A stretch of DNA of 64,000 bases from NCBI GenBank assembly GCA_041660005.1, contig JBAZXG010000003.1, positions 835-64,834 on the forward strand. Direction: 5' to 3'. The translations under genes were made by a program, and so were the position numbers. Below, in pieces: positions 1 through 9,213 of the stretch; positions within the stretch are counted from its first letter, which is position 1; each line of letters begins with the position of its first letter. Below the pieces are notes generated by a model. That model was not told the origin of the DNA, made no database searches, and was given only the letters and a program-made list of their open reading frames with translations. This DNA comes from Patescibacteria group bacterium. Its GTDB lineage: Bacteria > Patescibacteriota > Patescibacteriia > GWA2-46-9.

Positions 1-56
1 TTCATATATTATACTACACGCGCGACCACGCTCCTATGTGTGGATAGAAAAACTCC

Positions 57-734
57 ATGTCAACCATTGAACAACTATTTGGTTCACCAGAAAAAATTCG
101 TATTCTCCGGTTCTTTCTTTTTCATCCGGAAAGCCGTTTTTCGCTGGCAGAGCTCCGCCAGCGCGCAGGATCGAAAGCATTTAAGAAGCCAAGGAATCTT
201 TCTGATCTGGTACGGCTGCAGGCGATTATAGCGGAGGTGAGCAAAGAGACCAGCGAAACGGTTTATAGCGTCAACCCTCATTGGCTACTTTACCAAGAAT
301 TTAGAAACTTGTTCGTCAAGGCGCAACTTTTAGTGGAGCGAGATCTAATTGCCAGAATTGAACGTGCAGGGAAAATACGTCTTTTAATTTTGGCAGGGCT
401 ATTTGTTGGTGAACCATCTTCCGCAACCGACATGCTTATCGTCGGCCAGATAAATCATCATGCTGTTACCCGTCACTTGAAAGAGTTTGAAAAAGAACTC
501 GACCAAGAGGTAAACTATACCGTTTTTACAAACACTGAATATCGTTATAGGAAAAATGTGGGAGACCGTTTTCTCTATTCCATTTTAGAAAAGCCGCATT
601 TGGTAGTCGTTGACGTTACCGATAAGCCGGCTGCTAAAACGCCCTCGCAAGGAAAGACAAGAAGGAAAAGTTCAGCAGTACTGTATGCAAAAAGCAATTC
701 AAAAAACAAGGCGAAAAAGAACAGCAGGGGATAA
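57..734 (+). CDS. Hypothetical protein with N-terminal winged-helix-like region (IRILRFFLFHP...SLAELRQRAG) and a Lys-rich tail
   Basis: Uninterrupted 225-aa ORF sitting upstream of the dcw cluster. The N-terminal region resembles a winged-helix fold. No other recognisable family motifs. Confidence 0.5.
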   Translation: MSTIEQLFGSPEKIRILRFFLFHPESRFSLAELRQRAGSKAFKKPRNLSDLVRLQAIIAEVSKETSETVYSVNPHWLLYQEFRNLFVKAQLLVERDLIARIERAGKIRLLILAGLFVGEPSSATDMLIVGQINHHAVTRHLKEFEKELDQEVNYTVFTNTEYRYRKNVGDRFLYSILEKPHLVVVDVTDKPAAKTPSQGKTRRKSSAVLYAKSNSKNKAKKNSRG

Positions 735-750
735 TAGTGGTGGCTTGTTG

Positions 751-1134
751 TTCCTCGCTGCTACGGACTTAGGGGGTTTACACATTAAAATAGTAAGATC
801 CGACGGTATAGTGCAAAAAGAGGTGAACATTAATGAAAAGCAGCTGCGTAAGTATGGTGCTTCTTTCGTTGTGACGAGCGCTTGCAAAAAAGCAATTGGT
901 TCACCGGAAAAATTGGCAGCAGTTATTGTTGAGCAGTGCAGCGGCTCTTTTACTAATTTACGTTTAACTGTTTCTGTAGCGAATACTTTTGGTTGGCTTT
1001 ATTGCGTACCAGTTTGCACCACAGAAAATTGGAATTCTTTTTTTCTTTCGAAAAAAAATTATTCGAAACTGAACTTTATCGTTCCTCGTTACTCAAAGGA
1101 GCCGAATATAACGGTTTCTCGAAAGAGTATCTAG
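751..1134 (+). CDS. tsaB: TsaB/YeaZ-like protein, N-terminal domain only (inactive Kae1 paralog of the tRNA t6A pathway)
   Basis: Frame of track ORF 610..1134. After the stop of the first gene (734), a TTG at 751/754 gives MLFLAATDLGG..., matching the TsaB N-terminus (M-L-I-L-A-[IL]-D-T-S). The GSFTNLRL segment matches the GPGSFTGLRIG motif. The ORF is only about 127 aa, so the C-terminal half of a canonical TsaB is missing. Confidence 0.45.
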   Translation, partial: FLAATDLGGLHIKIVRSDGIVQKEVNINEKQLRKYGASFVVTSACKKAIGSPEKLAAVIVEQCSGSFTNLRLTVSVANTFGWLYCVPVCTTENWNSFFLSKKNYSKLNFIVPRYSKEPNITVSRKSI

Positions 1135-1314
1135 AACCCATCTCAAAAATCCTTGTTCACCCAAACCGCACCTATGCCGCAGCGTTACGACCAAAAAATG
1201 CTCGAAAGACCTCCAGTATTCCTCTGCTTTTTTGACTGTGGCTCGGTTGGCATCTCCGCGCTTTGGCTCGAAAACTATTTTTGAGATGGGTTCTAAGCAC
1301 TAGCGCAAAATTGC

Positions 1315-1342
1315 AAAAAACCGCCCAAAGGGCGGTTTTTTG
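1315..1342 (+). terminator. Rho-independent terminator (aaaaaa-CCGCCC-aaa-GGGCGG-tttttt), symmetric A/T tracts suggest bidirectional use
   Basis: Perfect 6-bp GC stem with a 3-nt loop, flanked by an A-run upstream and a T-run downstream. Confidence 0.6.
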
Positions 1343-1376
1343 CATTGGCCCTATTTTATGTTCTAACACAGTAGTG

Positions 1377-1405
1377 TTGACGATTGGTGAGCTGTGGTGT
1401 AAAAT
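1377..1405 (+). promoter_or_regulatory. Sigma70-type promoter of mraZ operon: TTGACG -17 nt- TAAAAT
   Basis: -35 TTGACG at 1377-1382, 17-nt spacer, -10 TAAAAT at 1400-1405, about 80 nt upstream of the mraZ start. Confidence 0.6.
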
Positions 1406-1438
1406 GGATGATAAGTGGTTGGAAGTGGATAATAGTGG
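1393..1438 (+). promoter_or_regulatory. MraZ operator: direct (A)GTGG repeats with 10-bp periodicity overlapping and downstream of the -10
   Basis: AGTGG at 1414-1418, 1424-1428 and 1434-1438, exactly 10 bp apart, plus degenerate TGTGG/AATGG copies at 1393-1407. MraZ is known to bind GTGGG direct repeats with 10-nt spacers in its own promoter. Confidence 0.55.
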
Positions 1439-1485
1439 GGATAAGGTCATCATTTTGTGGATAACTTGTTTTAACAAATTCAGTC

Positions 1486-1917
1486 ATGTTTTTAGGCGAA
1501 TACCAGCACACCGTTGATGATAAGGGCCGCATAGCGGTTCCGGTTAAGTTTCGTTCATCTCTGCAAAAAGGAGCGGTTGTTACCCGTGGTATTGATCAAT
1601 GCCTTTTTGTTTATCCTATAAAGGAGTGGGAATCTCTTGCCGCAAAGCTCGCCAGCTTACCGGTTTCGCAGGCAAATACGCGCGCTTTTGCCCGCCTTAT
1701 GCTTGCTGGAGCCATGGAAGTAAAACCAGATCGGCAAGGGAGGGTCATTTTGCCTGACTATTTGCGTAAGTATGCTGGTTTACGTCACAAGGTCGTGTTG
1801 GCGGGCCTTTATAATCGTTTAGAGCTTTGGGACAGTGAGCGTTGGGAAAGTTATCGAAAAGGGACAGAGGAGAATAGTGCGGTCATCGCCGAGGCGATGC
1901 ATGACCTCGGCGTCTAG
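1486..1917 (+). CDS. mraZ: Transcriptional regulator MraZ
   Basis: 143 aa with two MraZ/SpoVT-AbrB halves. MFLGEYQHTVDDKGRIAVP and the second DRQGRVILP motif are diagnostic. First gene of the dcw cluster. Confidence 0.93.
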   Translation: MFLGEYQHTVDDKGRIAVPVKFRSSLQKGAVVTRGIDQCLFVYPIKEWESLAAKLASLPVSQANTRAFARLMLAGAMEVKPDRQGRVILPDYLRKYAGLRHKVVLAGLYNRLELWDSERWESYRKGTEENSAVIAEAMHDLGV

Positions 1918-1929
1918 TCAAAATATGCT

Positions 1930-2853
1930 ATGCAGCAACGACATGCCCCGGTTCTTTTGGAGGAGGTCATCCGTTATCTGCACCCGCTTCCGAATCAAAA
2001 TTTTGTCGATGCAACTTATGGCGGCGGGGGACATGCGACTGCCCTCCTTCAGGCAACGAAGCCAGCGGGGCAAATATTTACCTTTGATGTCGACCCCGGT
2101 GTTGCGGTACATGCCAAAAGTCTCGGTAACCGCGTTCATCACTTTACAGAAAACTTTTCTCATATAAATAAGGTATTGAGCGATGCGGCACCCACTATTA
2201 CAATTCACGGAATTCTCTTTGACCTCGGTTACTCATCGCTGCAGCTTGCAGACGAAACATTGGGGCTTTCATTTCAAACAAAACAGCCACTTGATATGCG
2301 ACTTAGTCGCACAGGAACTATGACCGCTGCTGTAATCGTCAATACCTGGCAAGAAGCAGAAATTGCCGACGCTCTGTATCAATTTGGTGAAGAGCGCGCC
2401 TCTCGTCGTATTGCCGCGGCTATTGTTCGTGCACGAAAAATTAAAACGATTACGACGACAGACGAACTCGCTGCAATTGTTGCCAAAGCGGCGGGGAAGC
2501 GATCACGGAGAATTCACCCTGCAACCCTGACGTTTCAAGCACTTCGCATTGCGGTGAATAACGAATTGGAAAATTTACGGGAGGGTATTGTTGGAGCAAA
2601 AGAAATGCTTACTCTTGGCGGGCGTATAGCTGTCATTTCTTTTCATTCGCTCGAGGATCGTATTGTCAAACAAATGTTTCGCGATTCTGAAAAATATTGC
2701 CACTGTGCTCCTGAGTCGTTGCAGTGTCGCTGTGATAAAACCAAAGTATGGAAAATCATAACGAAAAAACCCGTTACCCCGACGAGTAGTGAACTTTTAC
2801 AAAACCCCAGGTCGCGCAGCGCAAAGCTTCGTGTCTTAGAAAAATGTATATGA
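1930..2853 (+). CDS. rsmH: 16S rRNA (cytosine1402-N4)-methyltransferase RsmH
   Basis: 307 aa. HAPVLLEEV start, SAM motif DATYGGGGH, and the FHSLEDR motif. Sits immediately after mraZ. Confidence 0.93.
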   Translation: MQQRHAPVLLEEVIRYLHPLPNQNFVDATYGGGGHATALLQATKPAGQIFTFDVDPGVAVHAKSLGNRVHHFTENFSHINKVLSDAAPTITIHGILFDLGYSSLQLADETLGLSFQTKQPLDMRLSRTGTMTAAVIVNTWQEAEIADALYQFGEERASRRIAAAIVRARKIKTITTTDELAAIVAKAAGKRSRRIHPATLTFQALRIAVNNELENLREGIVGAKEMLTLGGRIAVISFHSLEDRIVKQMFRDSEKYCHCAPESLQCRCDKTKVWKIITKKPVTPTSSELLQNPRSRSAKLRVLEKCI

Positions 2854-3188
2854 TAACAAAAAGCCGCGGTCATCAACAAGCTCGTCCGTTTCAAGCAGGC
2901 AACACATCTCGATTTTTTCAAAAAAAAGCGTTCGTTATTATTACTTTAGCTGCTTTACTCTTTAGCTATGCAGGGTTTGCTAATAATGTAGCGACGCTCG
3001 GTTATAAGTTAGATGCGGCAGAGCAGGAGGTAGCAGTGTTGCAGAAAACGCAAACAAATTTAGAACTTGACATTGCAGCCGCTCGTTCACTACCTCGAGT
3101 TGAAGCGGTTGTTGGTTCGCTAGCGCTTGTTCCTGCATCTACGATTGAATACGCTGCGTCAACCGCGACCGCTGTCGCTATTCGATAA
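2844..3188 (+). CDS. ftsL: FtsL/DivIC-like cell division protein (single TM followed by a coiled coil)
   Basis: 114 aa with a TM helix (FVIITLAALLFSYAGF) then a heptad-like coiled coil. Lies between rsmH and ftsI, overlapping rsmH. Confidence 0.6.
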   Translation: MYMITKSRGHQQARPFQAGNTSRFFQKKAFVIITLAALLFSYAGFANNVATLGYKLDAAEQEVAVLQKTQTNLELDIAAARSLPRVEAVVGSLALVPASTIEYAASTATAVAIR

Positions 3189-3202
3189 TTTGGTATTCGG
3201 CA

Positions 3203-4963
3203 ATGGCTGCACGATTTGGCACGCCTCCGCCGGAAAAAAGGGGATCCAACTCTGTACGACTGCGTGTTGTTAAAACAGGAGTTTTATTGGTCGTTGCGGC
3301 CATTGTCTTACGGCTTTGGCAGCTCCAGGTTATTGATCATGCGGCGTACGCACAATTATCTCTTGGACAGCAAGCAACCTATGAATTGTTGACTCCGGAG
3401 CGGGGGAAGATTTTTGCAACTCAACGCGGTGCCAGTGGTGGTGAAGAGCTTGTGCCGCTCGCCGTTAATCGAGATGCCTATTTCATTTTTGCAAACCCTC
3501 GTCTGATCGAGGATCCAAAAGCAGCGGCTGAGGCGCTCGCCGGACCGCTCAAAAAAAGTGTCGATGAATTGTTACCGCTTCTTGATAAGCCGGATGATCC
3601 CTATGCGCCGCTTCTCCATCGAGCCGGCGCAGATGTAGCCGCAGCAATACGTGCGTTGAACTTACCCGGCATACAGATGATAACGGAGCGCGAACGTTTC
3701 TACCCGAACAATAATGTCGGCAGTCATGTGTTGGGCTTTGTGAGCTACAAAGACGATAAGCTAGTCGGACAGTATGGCATTGAAGGAACATTGAATAGCA
3801 AGCTCGCTGGAACTGCGGGAAGCATTCAGTCAATCCAAAGTCCGGGTGGCGTCTGGATTACACTCGGGGATCGCGACGTCAAAGAAGCCGTTGACGGAAG
3901 CAGTGTCGTACTCACAATTGATTGGACCGTGCAATTTTATGCCTGCCGTGCGCTCGATGCTTGGGTGGCGAAGCATGGCGCTACGGGTGGCAGCGTCATT
4001 GTCATGAACCCAGCAACCGGTGCAATTATTGCTATGTGCGGCTCGCCTGATTTTAATCCGAATGTTTTTAATGAAACAGAAAAAATTACCGCGTTTAATA
4101 ATCCGGCTCTCTTTTTGAATTACGAACCAGGATCAGTGATGAAGGGTCTCACCATGGCTGCGGCCATCGACCAGCAGCGTGTGACACCAACCTCCACGTA
4201 CGTTGATACGGGTTCGGTAACGTTTGGCAGAAGTGTCATAAAAAATTCTGATAATAAAGCACACGGCGTGCAAACAATGACGCAGGTGTTGGAAGAGTCT
4301 CTGAACACCGGGGCTATTTATGCCATGCGGCAAGTAGGTCTTTCAGTGTTCAAAAAATATCTTGAGGACTTTGGTCTTGGTTCTGTAACCGGCATTGATC
4401 TCGAAGGAGAGGCGGCTGGTAACCTAAAGAGTCTTTACCAAAATAATGAAATCTACGCAGCAACGGCTTCTTTTGGGCAGGGGGTCACCGCTACGCCATT
4501 GCAAATGGTTGCTGCCTATGCGGCTATAGCCAATAATGGGAAGTTAATGCAGCCGTACCTTGTGCAAGAAGTTAAGCATCCTGATGGCTCAGTAGAAACG
4601 CACAGCAGTAAAACAGTGCGTCAGGTCATCAACCAAAGGACCTCAGCACAAATTAGCGGTATGCTTGCTCGGGTGGTTACGAACGGTCATGGTAAAAAAG
4701 CTGCGGTTCCGGGCTATGTTATCGCAGGAAAAACGGGGACGGCGCAGATTCCAAGAAAGGACGGTAAGGGGTACGAGTCTGGTTCGACTATTGGTTCATT
4801 CATTGGCTATGGACCGGTAAGTAACCCCAAGTTTGCTATGCTGGTGCGTATTGATCGCCCGCAAGACGTTCAATTTGCTGAGTCTTCGGCGGCGCCGCTA
4901 TTTGGCGATTTGGCAAAATTTATACTACAGTATTATGAAGTTCCGTTTGATAATATAAAATAA
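3203..4963 (+). CDS. ftsI: Peptidoglycan D,D-transpeptidase (class B penicillin-binding protein, FtsI/PBP2)
   Basis: 586 aa with an N-terminal TM anchor, a PBP dimerisation domain, and the transpeptidase motifs SVMK (SxxK), SDN and KTGT. Confidence 0.9.
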   Translation: MAARFGTPPPEKRGSNSVRLRVVKTGVLLVVAAIVLRLWQLQVIDHAAYAQLSLGQQATYELLTPERGKIFATQRGASGGEELVPLAVNRDAYFIFANPRLIEDPKAAAEALAGPLKKSVDELLPLLDKPDDPYAPLLHRAGADVAAAIRALNLPGIQMITERERFYPNNNVGSHVLGFVSYKDDKLVGQYGIEGTLNSKLAGTAGSIQSIQSPGGVWITLGDRDVKEAVDGSSVVLTIDWTVQFYACRALDAWVAKHGATGGSVIVMNPATGAIIAMCGSPDFNPNVFNETEKITAFNNPALFLNYEPGSVMKGLTMAAAIDQQRVTPTSTYVDTGSVTFGRSVIKNSDNKAHGVQTMTQVLEESLNTGAIYAMRQVGLSVFKKYLEDFGLGSVTGIDLEGEAAGNLKSLYQNNEIYAATASFGQGVTATPLQMVAAYAAIANNGKLMQPYLVQEVKHPDGSVETHSSKTVRQVINQRTSAQISGMLARVVTNGHGKKAAVPGYVIAGKTGTAQIPRKDGKGYESGSTIGSFIGYGPVSNPKFAMLVRIDRPQDVQFAESSAAPLFGDLAKFILQYYEVPFDNIK

Positions 4964-4966
4964 TTT

Positions 4967-6268
4967 ATGCGCAAACTTTTTTACGCCTATTTGGCACTTC
5001 TGGCAAAATTATCGTTGCGCCGTTATAAGCCGCTCGTTATAGCAGTAACGGGTTCGGTGGGCAAAACAACGACCAAAGACATGATTGCTGCGGTGTTGCA
5101 GCAGCGGTACCGCGTGCGCGCGAGCGAGCGCAGTTATAATAACGAACTAGGTCTTCCGCTTACGATCCTTGGCGCGCCAAGTGCGAGTAGTTCTGCTCTG
5201 GGCTGGCTTGGCATTGTCGCAAAAGCAACAGTACAAGTTTTTGGCTACCAGAGGGGATATCCTCAAGTATTAGTGCTTGAGATGGGGGCTGATCATCCCG
5301 GAGACCTTGCTTACCTAACGTCAATAGCGAAACCCGACATTGCCGTGCTGACTGCCATAGCGCCGGTTCATTTAGAATTTTTTAAAAATATCGAAGAGGT
5401 CGCTCGTGAAAAAAGGAGCATTTTTAAGAGCTTGAAACCAAACGGCACAGCGATTTTGAACGAGGACGACAATGTTGTGTCCGCTACGAAAGTTGATGCA
5501 AATATGCGAACTCTTCGTTATGGAATGTCTGACAATGCTGGCATCAAAGGGAGCGACGTTAATATGCGGTTCTCACTTGGTCAAGGTTCGGAAGAAGCGA
5601 AGGGGGAAGTGAATTTTAAAATTTCACATGAGGGTTCCTCGGTTCCTGTTCACCTTGACGGAGTCTTGGGAGAGCCCGCGGTTTTGTCAGCGCTTGCCGC
5701 GTCATCTGTAGCTTTGAGTCTTGGTATGAACCTCGTGGATATTTCGGATGTGCTTTCCGCAACCTACAAGGGAACGCCTGGGCGTTTGCGATTGTTACCG
5801 GGAATAAAAGGAACGACTGTCATTGACGATTCTTATAACGCCTCTCCCGCTGCCATGATTGCCGCAATTAACGTGCTTGTCGCAGTGCCGAAAGACAAAA
5901 AGAATATGCGATGGGCAGTACTGGGCAGCATGGCTGAGTTGGGAACTGAAACGGCTCATGGGCATGAGCTAGTGGGAGCAGAGCTTGCGAAGCAGAGAAT
6001 AGACGGGTTAGTCACCGTCGGAGAAAGAGCGAGAATGATAGCGCAGACAGTTCGCGAAAAGGGAATGGATGCGAGAAACATTTTTTCGTTTGCAAAGGCG
6101 GAAGAGGCAGGCCATTTTTTGCAGGAACGGTTAGAGCCAGGGGATGTCGTGCTCATCAAGGGTTCGCAAGTCGTACGCATGGAGAAAGTTGTTAAAGAAA
6201 TTATGGCGGAGCCGAGTAGGGCTTCTGAGTTACTTGTTCGTCAAGGTCCCGAGTGGCAGGGTCGCTAA
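4967..6268 (+). CDS. murF: UDP-N-acetylmuramoyl-tripeptide--D-alanyl-D-alanine ligase MurF
   Basis: 433 aa. Mur-ligase P-loop AVTGSVGKTTTKDM, the DDSYNASP motif, and dcw-cluster context. Confidence 0.9.
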   Translation: MRKLFYAYLALLAKLSLRRYKPLVIAVTGSVGKTTTKDMIAAVLQQRYRVRASERSYNNELGLPLTILGAPSASSSALGWLGIVAKATVQVFGYQRGYPQVLVLEMGADHPGDLAYLTSIAKPDIAVLTAIAPVHLEFFKNIEEVAREKRSIFKSLKPNGTAILNEDDNVVSATKVDANMRTLRYGMSDNAGIKGSDVNMRFSLGQGSEEAKGEVNFKISHEGSSVPVHLDGVLGEPAVLSALAASSVALSLGMNLVDISDVLSATYKGTPGRLRLLPGIKGTTVIDDSYNASPAAMIAAINVLVAVPKDKKNMRWAVLGSMAELGTETAHGHELVGAELAKQRIDGLVTVGERARMIAQTVREKGMDARNIFSFAKAEEAGHFLQERLEPGDVVLIKGSQVVRMEKVVKEIMAEPSRASELLVRQGPEWQGR

Positions 6269-6402
6269 ACGTTGACGAGATAGTAAAAAAACACTACCGT
6301 TCCTACTTCGCTCTCGCTGTGCCCGAGCTACGAAGGACAAGTATTTCTGTTTATAACAGAGTTTGCCCTGCGTAGCTCTGGCGAAGCCAGAGCAGAGCAT
6401 GA

Positions 6403-6477
6403 GCCGCGTTCGTCTAATGGTTAGGACACATGGTTCTCATCCATGAAATACGGGTTCGATTCCCGTACGCGGTACCA
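6403..6477 (+). tRNA. tRNA-Glu (anticodon CTC), CCA encoded
   Basis: Cloverleaf by hand. Acceptor GCCGCGT/ACGCGGT (G1-U72 wobble). D-arm GTCT-AATGGTTA-GGAC. Anticodon stem CATGG/CCATG with loop TTCTCAT. T-arm ACGGG-TTCGATT-CCCGT. Discriminator A followed by CCA. Confidence 0.85.
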
Positions 6478-6482
6478 AAAAA

Positions 6483-6516
6483 ATTCAGTCGCCATAACGG
6501 CGAGTGAATTTTTTTA
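6483..6516 (+). terminator. Rho-independent terminator after tRNA-Glu / dcw operon
   Basis: 11-bp stem (attcagtcgcc / ggcgagtgaat, one mismatch), 5-nt loop, then TTTTTTT. Confidence 0.6.
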
Positions 6517-6585
6517 TACTTGCGCGTATGAGGAATCGAACCCAAGGATGAATTTTTATAAATAAAATTTGATAAAAAATCGGAC

Positions 6586-7383
6586 TCAATCATTTGACTC
6601 GTCCCAGATGCACCAAAACCATGTCCGATAACTGTCCGCTAACTTTTTACTTTTTAGCACAAAGAAAACAACGTCTTCATCAATATGTCCAACGCCAACA
6701 AAACCAGTGTGCGTAATGACGTAGTCTCCAAAAATATGAATGCCCGACGCTGTTGAATATTTTTTTGGCAAATAACGGTACTTGAGTGTTGCTGGAAACT
6801 CCTTAGCAAAGTTTGGAAGTTTAATTTTTACTTCCTGGTCAAATAAATGGATGAATGTAATTTTTTTCTTTTTTGCTTCTTGAAAAAAACGTTTCCCACT
6901 TACGGTCAAACGAGGGTCAAACCAGCCGCCTTTGGCGCCAATGAAATAACTATCTTCGCCGACCCGCAACACTTCGCGCCAAATATTTTTTAGCCCTTCA
7001 AACCCACGGTAGATGTACGCTTCTTCATCGATACGGCGTTCGTGGAACTTCTTTTTCAAAGCAGGCAGAATGTCCTCGAGGCGCTGCCGTTTCTCTGTTA
7101 GAAGCTCCAAAAGTTTGTCCGGATCCACGGCATTGTAATGGGTCTCGCCTGGTGTCAGTACTTGAAAGCATAACCCTTTGTCGAGCAGTCGCCGCATAGC
7201 ATCATAGGCGTTACGACGATGGATTTTTCCAACCGTCGCAATTCTGCTGACCGTAGATTCTCCTTTATCGAGCAGCGTTTCGTATATTCGCCACTCGTTA
7301 GGAGAGAGTCCGAGTATTTTATAAATTTCTTCGCTTAGCCTTTCCATAGTTGGTCCGTTATTGTGGTGGTGTTGGCCACTCAC
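6586..7383 (-). CDS. TrmB-family transcriptional regulator (N-terminal wHTH plus TrmB C-terminal domain)
   Basis: 265 aa. The N-terminus LSPNEWRIYETLLDKGESTVSRIATVGKIHRRNAYDAMRRLLDKGL is a TrmB-type HTH, and length and layout fit the TrmB sugar-regulator family. It is the only gene clearly on the minus strand in this stretch. Confidence 0.7.
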   Translation of the reverse strand: MSGQHHHNNGPTMERLSEEIYKILGLSPNEWRIYETLLDKGESTVSRIATVGKIHRRNAYDAMRRLLDKGLCFQVLTPGETHYNAVDPDKLLELLTEKRQRLEDILPALKKKFHERRIDEEAYIYRGFEGLKNIWREVLRVGEDSYFIGAKGGWFDPRLTVSGKRFFQEAKKKKITFIHLFDQEVKIKLPNFAKEFPATLKYRYLPKKYSTASGIHIFGDYVITHTGFVGVGHIDEDVVFFVLKSKKLADSYRTWFWCIWDESND

Positions 7384-7460
7384 TGGAAACCCTATAGGGT
7401 CTGTAATGTGAAGTCAAGGATGTGCCAAGGGCTTCATATTTTGAATATGTAACAATCACT

Positions 7461-8453
7461 ATGAAAAGATGGTTGATCTCGGCTGTTGTAATTATTGTAG
7501 TAGTCGGCTTTTTCATTTTTCGACCAAAAGCGAACAACGCTCTTAAGCACGTCACTGTTGGATTTCAGTCATCACCTCCGATGGCATTGTTGATGATTGC
7601 TAAAGACAAAGGTTTTTTTGAAAAGCAGGGTTTGGATGTGGAGCTAAAAGAATTTACGGCAGGCAAGTTTGCTTTGGGGGCTTTTCTCGGTGGCTCACTT
7701 GATTTTTCGGTTTCGGCGGATGTACCCCCGCTTCTTGCGGCTTTGCAAGGAAATCAATTTGTTGTCCCAGCACAACTTGTGAAGCAAACGAAAAGTGAAG
7801 TACGAGTAGTTGCAAAAAAGGACGGAGATTTAAATGATGCAGCGGCTTACTTTAAAGCAAAAAAGCGAAAGCTTGCAACTTTAAGTGGTGGCGGCCCAGA
7901 GTTCTTTACCTACGAGTTCCTGAATAAACTAGGAATTAAGAAAGAACAAATTGAAATCATCAACCAGAAGCCGGAGGATATGGTAGCGGCGCTCATGAGC
8001 GGAAGCGTGGACGCTATCTCTATGTTTGACCCCGTGGCGTATGTGGCCGAGCAGCAAATGGGGGACAATGCCATTATTTTTACTGACGAAGCGATATACT
8101 CAGAGCTTTACGTCATTGAAGCCCCTATATCGGTAAAGACAGATTCAGCCGTTTTGGAAAAATTTCTTTTGGCGCTGAAAGATGCTGAACAGTTTCTTCA
8201 AGAAAACCCCGATGCCGTCAAAGAGGTTGTTGCGAAGTATACAAAACTCGACAGAAAAACTGTTGATGGAGTTTGGGGAAACACTAACTTTGGCTTGTCT
8301 CTCACCCCTCAACTACTTGAATATTGGAAGAGGGAAGTAGCGTGGGCAAAGGATGTTGGTAAGATAGCAAACGACGTTGAAGTGCCAAACGTTGAAAATT
8401 ATATCTACAGTGCTCCGTTAAGAAAAATTGACCCAACAGCTGTCAGTTTTTAG
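7461..8453 (+). CDS. ABC transporter substrate-binding protein, NitT/TauT (SsuA/NMT1-like) family
   Basis: Signal/TM anchor MKRWLISAVVIIVVVGFF followed by an SsuA/NMT1-like periplasmic domain. The track ORF starts at 7422, but the ATG at 7461 directly precedes the signal peptide. First gene of a three-gene ABC operon. Confidence 0.75.
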   Translation: MKRWLISAVVIIVVVGFFIFRPKANNALKHVTVGFQSSPPMALLMIAKDKGFFEKQGLDVELKEFTAGKFALGAFLGGSLDFSVSADVPPLLAALQGNQFVVPAQLVKQTKSEVRVVAKKDGDLNDAAAYFKAKKRKLATLSGGGPEFFTYEFLNKLGIKKEQIEIINQKPEDMVAALMSGSVDAISMFDPVAYVAEQQMGDNAIIFTDEAIYSELYVIEAPISVKTDSAVLEKFLLALKDAEQFLQENPDAVKEVVAKYTKLDRKTVDGVWGNTNFGLSLTPQLLEYWKREVAWAKDVGKIANDVEVPNVENYIYSAPLRKIDPTAVSF

Positions 8454-8457
8454 ACGT

Positions 8458-9213
8458 ATGAAAAAGACGCTATGGTTTATTTTACCAATTATTGCTGTCG
8501 GGCTTGCGTGGGAAGTTGTTTCCCGTAGCGGAATTGTAAATCCATCACTATTCCCTCCCGTCTCAAAAGTTTTTCTTGCCCTGTGGGAGATGGTAAATTC
8601 TGGAATCATCATTACTGACGTAGGGAACAGTTTGTGGCGTTTACTTCTTGGTTTGTTTTTCGGGTCTGTAATTGGCATCGTTTTGGGGCTTATTACAGGC
8701 AGGGTCAAAAAAGTTTCTTCCTTACTTGTGCCAATCATTCAAGCATTAAGACCGCTGCCACCTGTGGCTATTATCCCTCTTGTTATTGTCTGGCTAGGAA
8801 TAGACAACACCGCAAAGATTTTTTCCATAGCTTTTGCTGTATTTTTCCCCGTTTGGATAAACACCTACATCGGGGCACAGCAAATTCCGCAAACATTTCT
8901 CTGGAGTGCTAAGTTGCTTACTACCTCTACGCTGAAGGTATTTTATCGAGTAATCTTTCCTGCAACACTACCCTTTGCCATCGCGGGTATACGTAGCGCA
9001 ATTGCCGTTAGTTATATTATGGTTTTCGTTTCCGAGTTGGCTGGAGCTTCTAGTGGACTAGGTTATCGCATTGCCATTGCTCAATCATCGTATCGTATAG
9101 ACGAAATGATAGCCGCTCTGATTGTTCTTGGCATTCTCGGTGCTTTAACCGATTACCTATTTGTTCTTTCAACAAAAAAGATGTTTCCTTACCTTGCCCT
9201 GCGATCGCAATGA
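8458..9213 (+). CDS. ABC transporter permease (binding-protein-dependent inner membrane component, SsuC/TauC-like)
   Basis: Six predicted TM helices and an EAA-like loop (AQSSYRIDEMIAALIVLG). An ATG at 8458 avoids overlap with the upstream gene. The 3' end overlaps the ATPase gene by 4 nt (ATGA). Confidence 0.8.
   Translation: MKKTLWFILPIIAVGLAWEVVSRSGIVNPSLFPPVSKVFLALWEMVNSGIIITDVGNSLWRLLLGLFFGSVIGIVLGLITGRVKKVSSLLVPIIQALRPLPPVAIIPLVIVWLGIDNTAKIFSIAFAVFFPVWINTYIGAQQIPQTFLWSAKLLTTSTLKVFYRVIFPATLPFAIAGIRSAIAVSYIMVFVSELAGASSGLGYRIAIAQSSYRIDEMIAALIVLGILGALTDYLFVLSTKKMFPYLALRSQ

Noticed and set aside
610-750. Upstream part of track ORF 610..1134, overlapping the end of the first gene
   Set aside because: TsaB-like similarity begins only after the stop of the upstream gene, at the TTG at 751/754. 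The overlapping portion has no family resemblance.
6511-6556. Minus-strand tRNA-like fragment (…GGGTTCGATTCCTCATACGCGC) next to the TrmB-like gene
   Set aside because: It has a T-loop-like TTCGATT, but the flanking T-stem and acceptor pairing fail and no D or anticodon arms are present. It is at most a decayed tRNA remnant, possibly an old integration scar, and the evidence does not support calling it.
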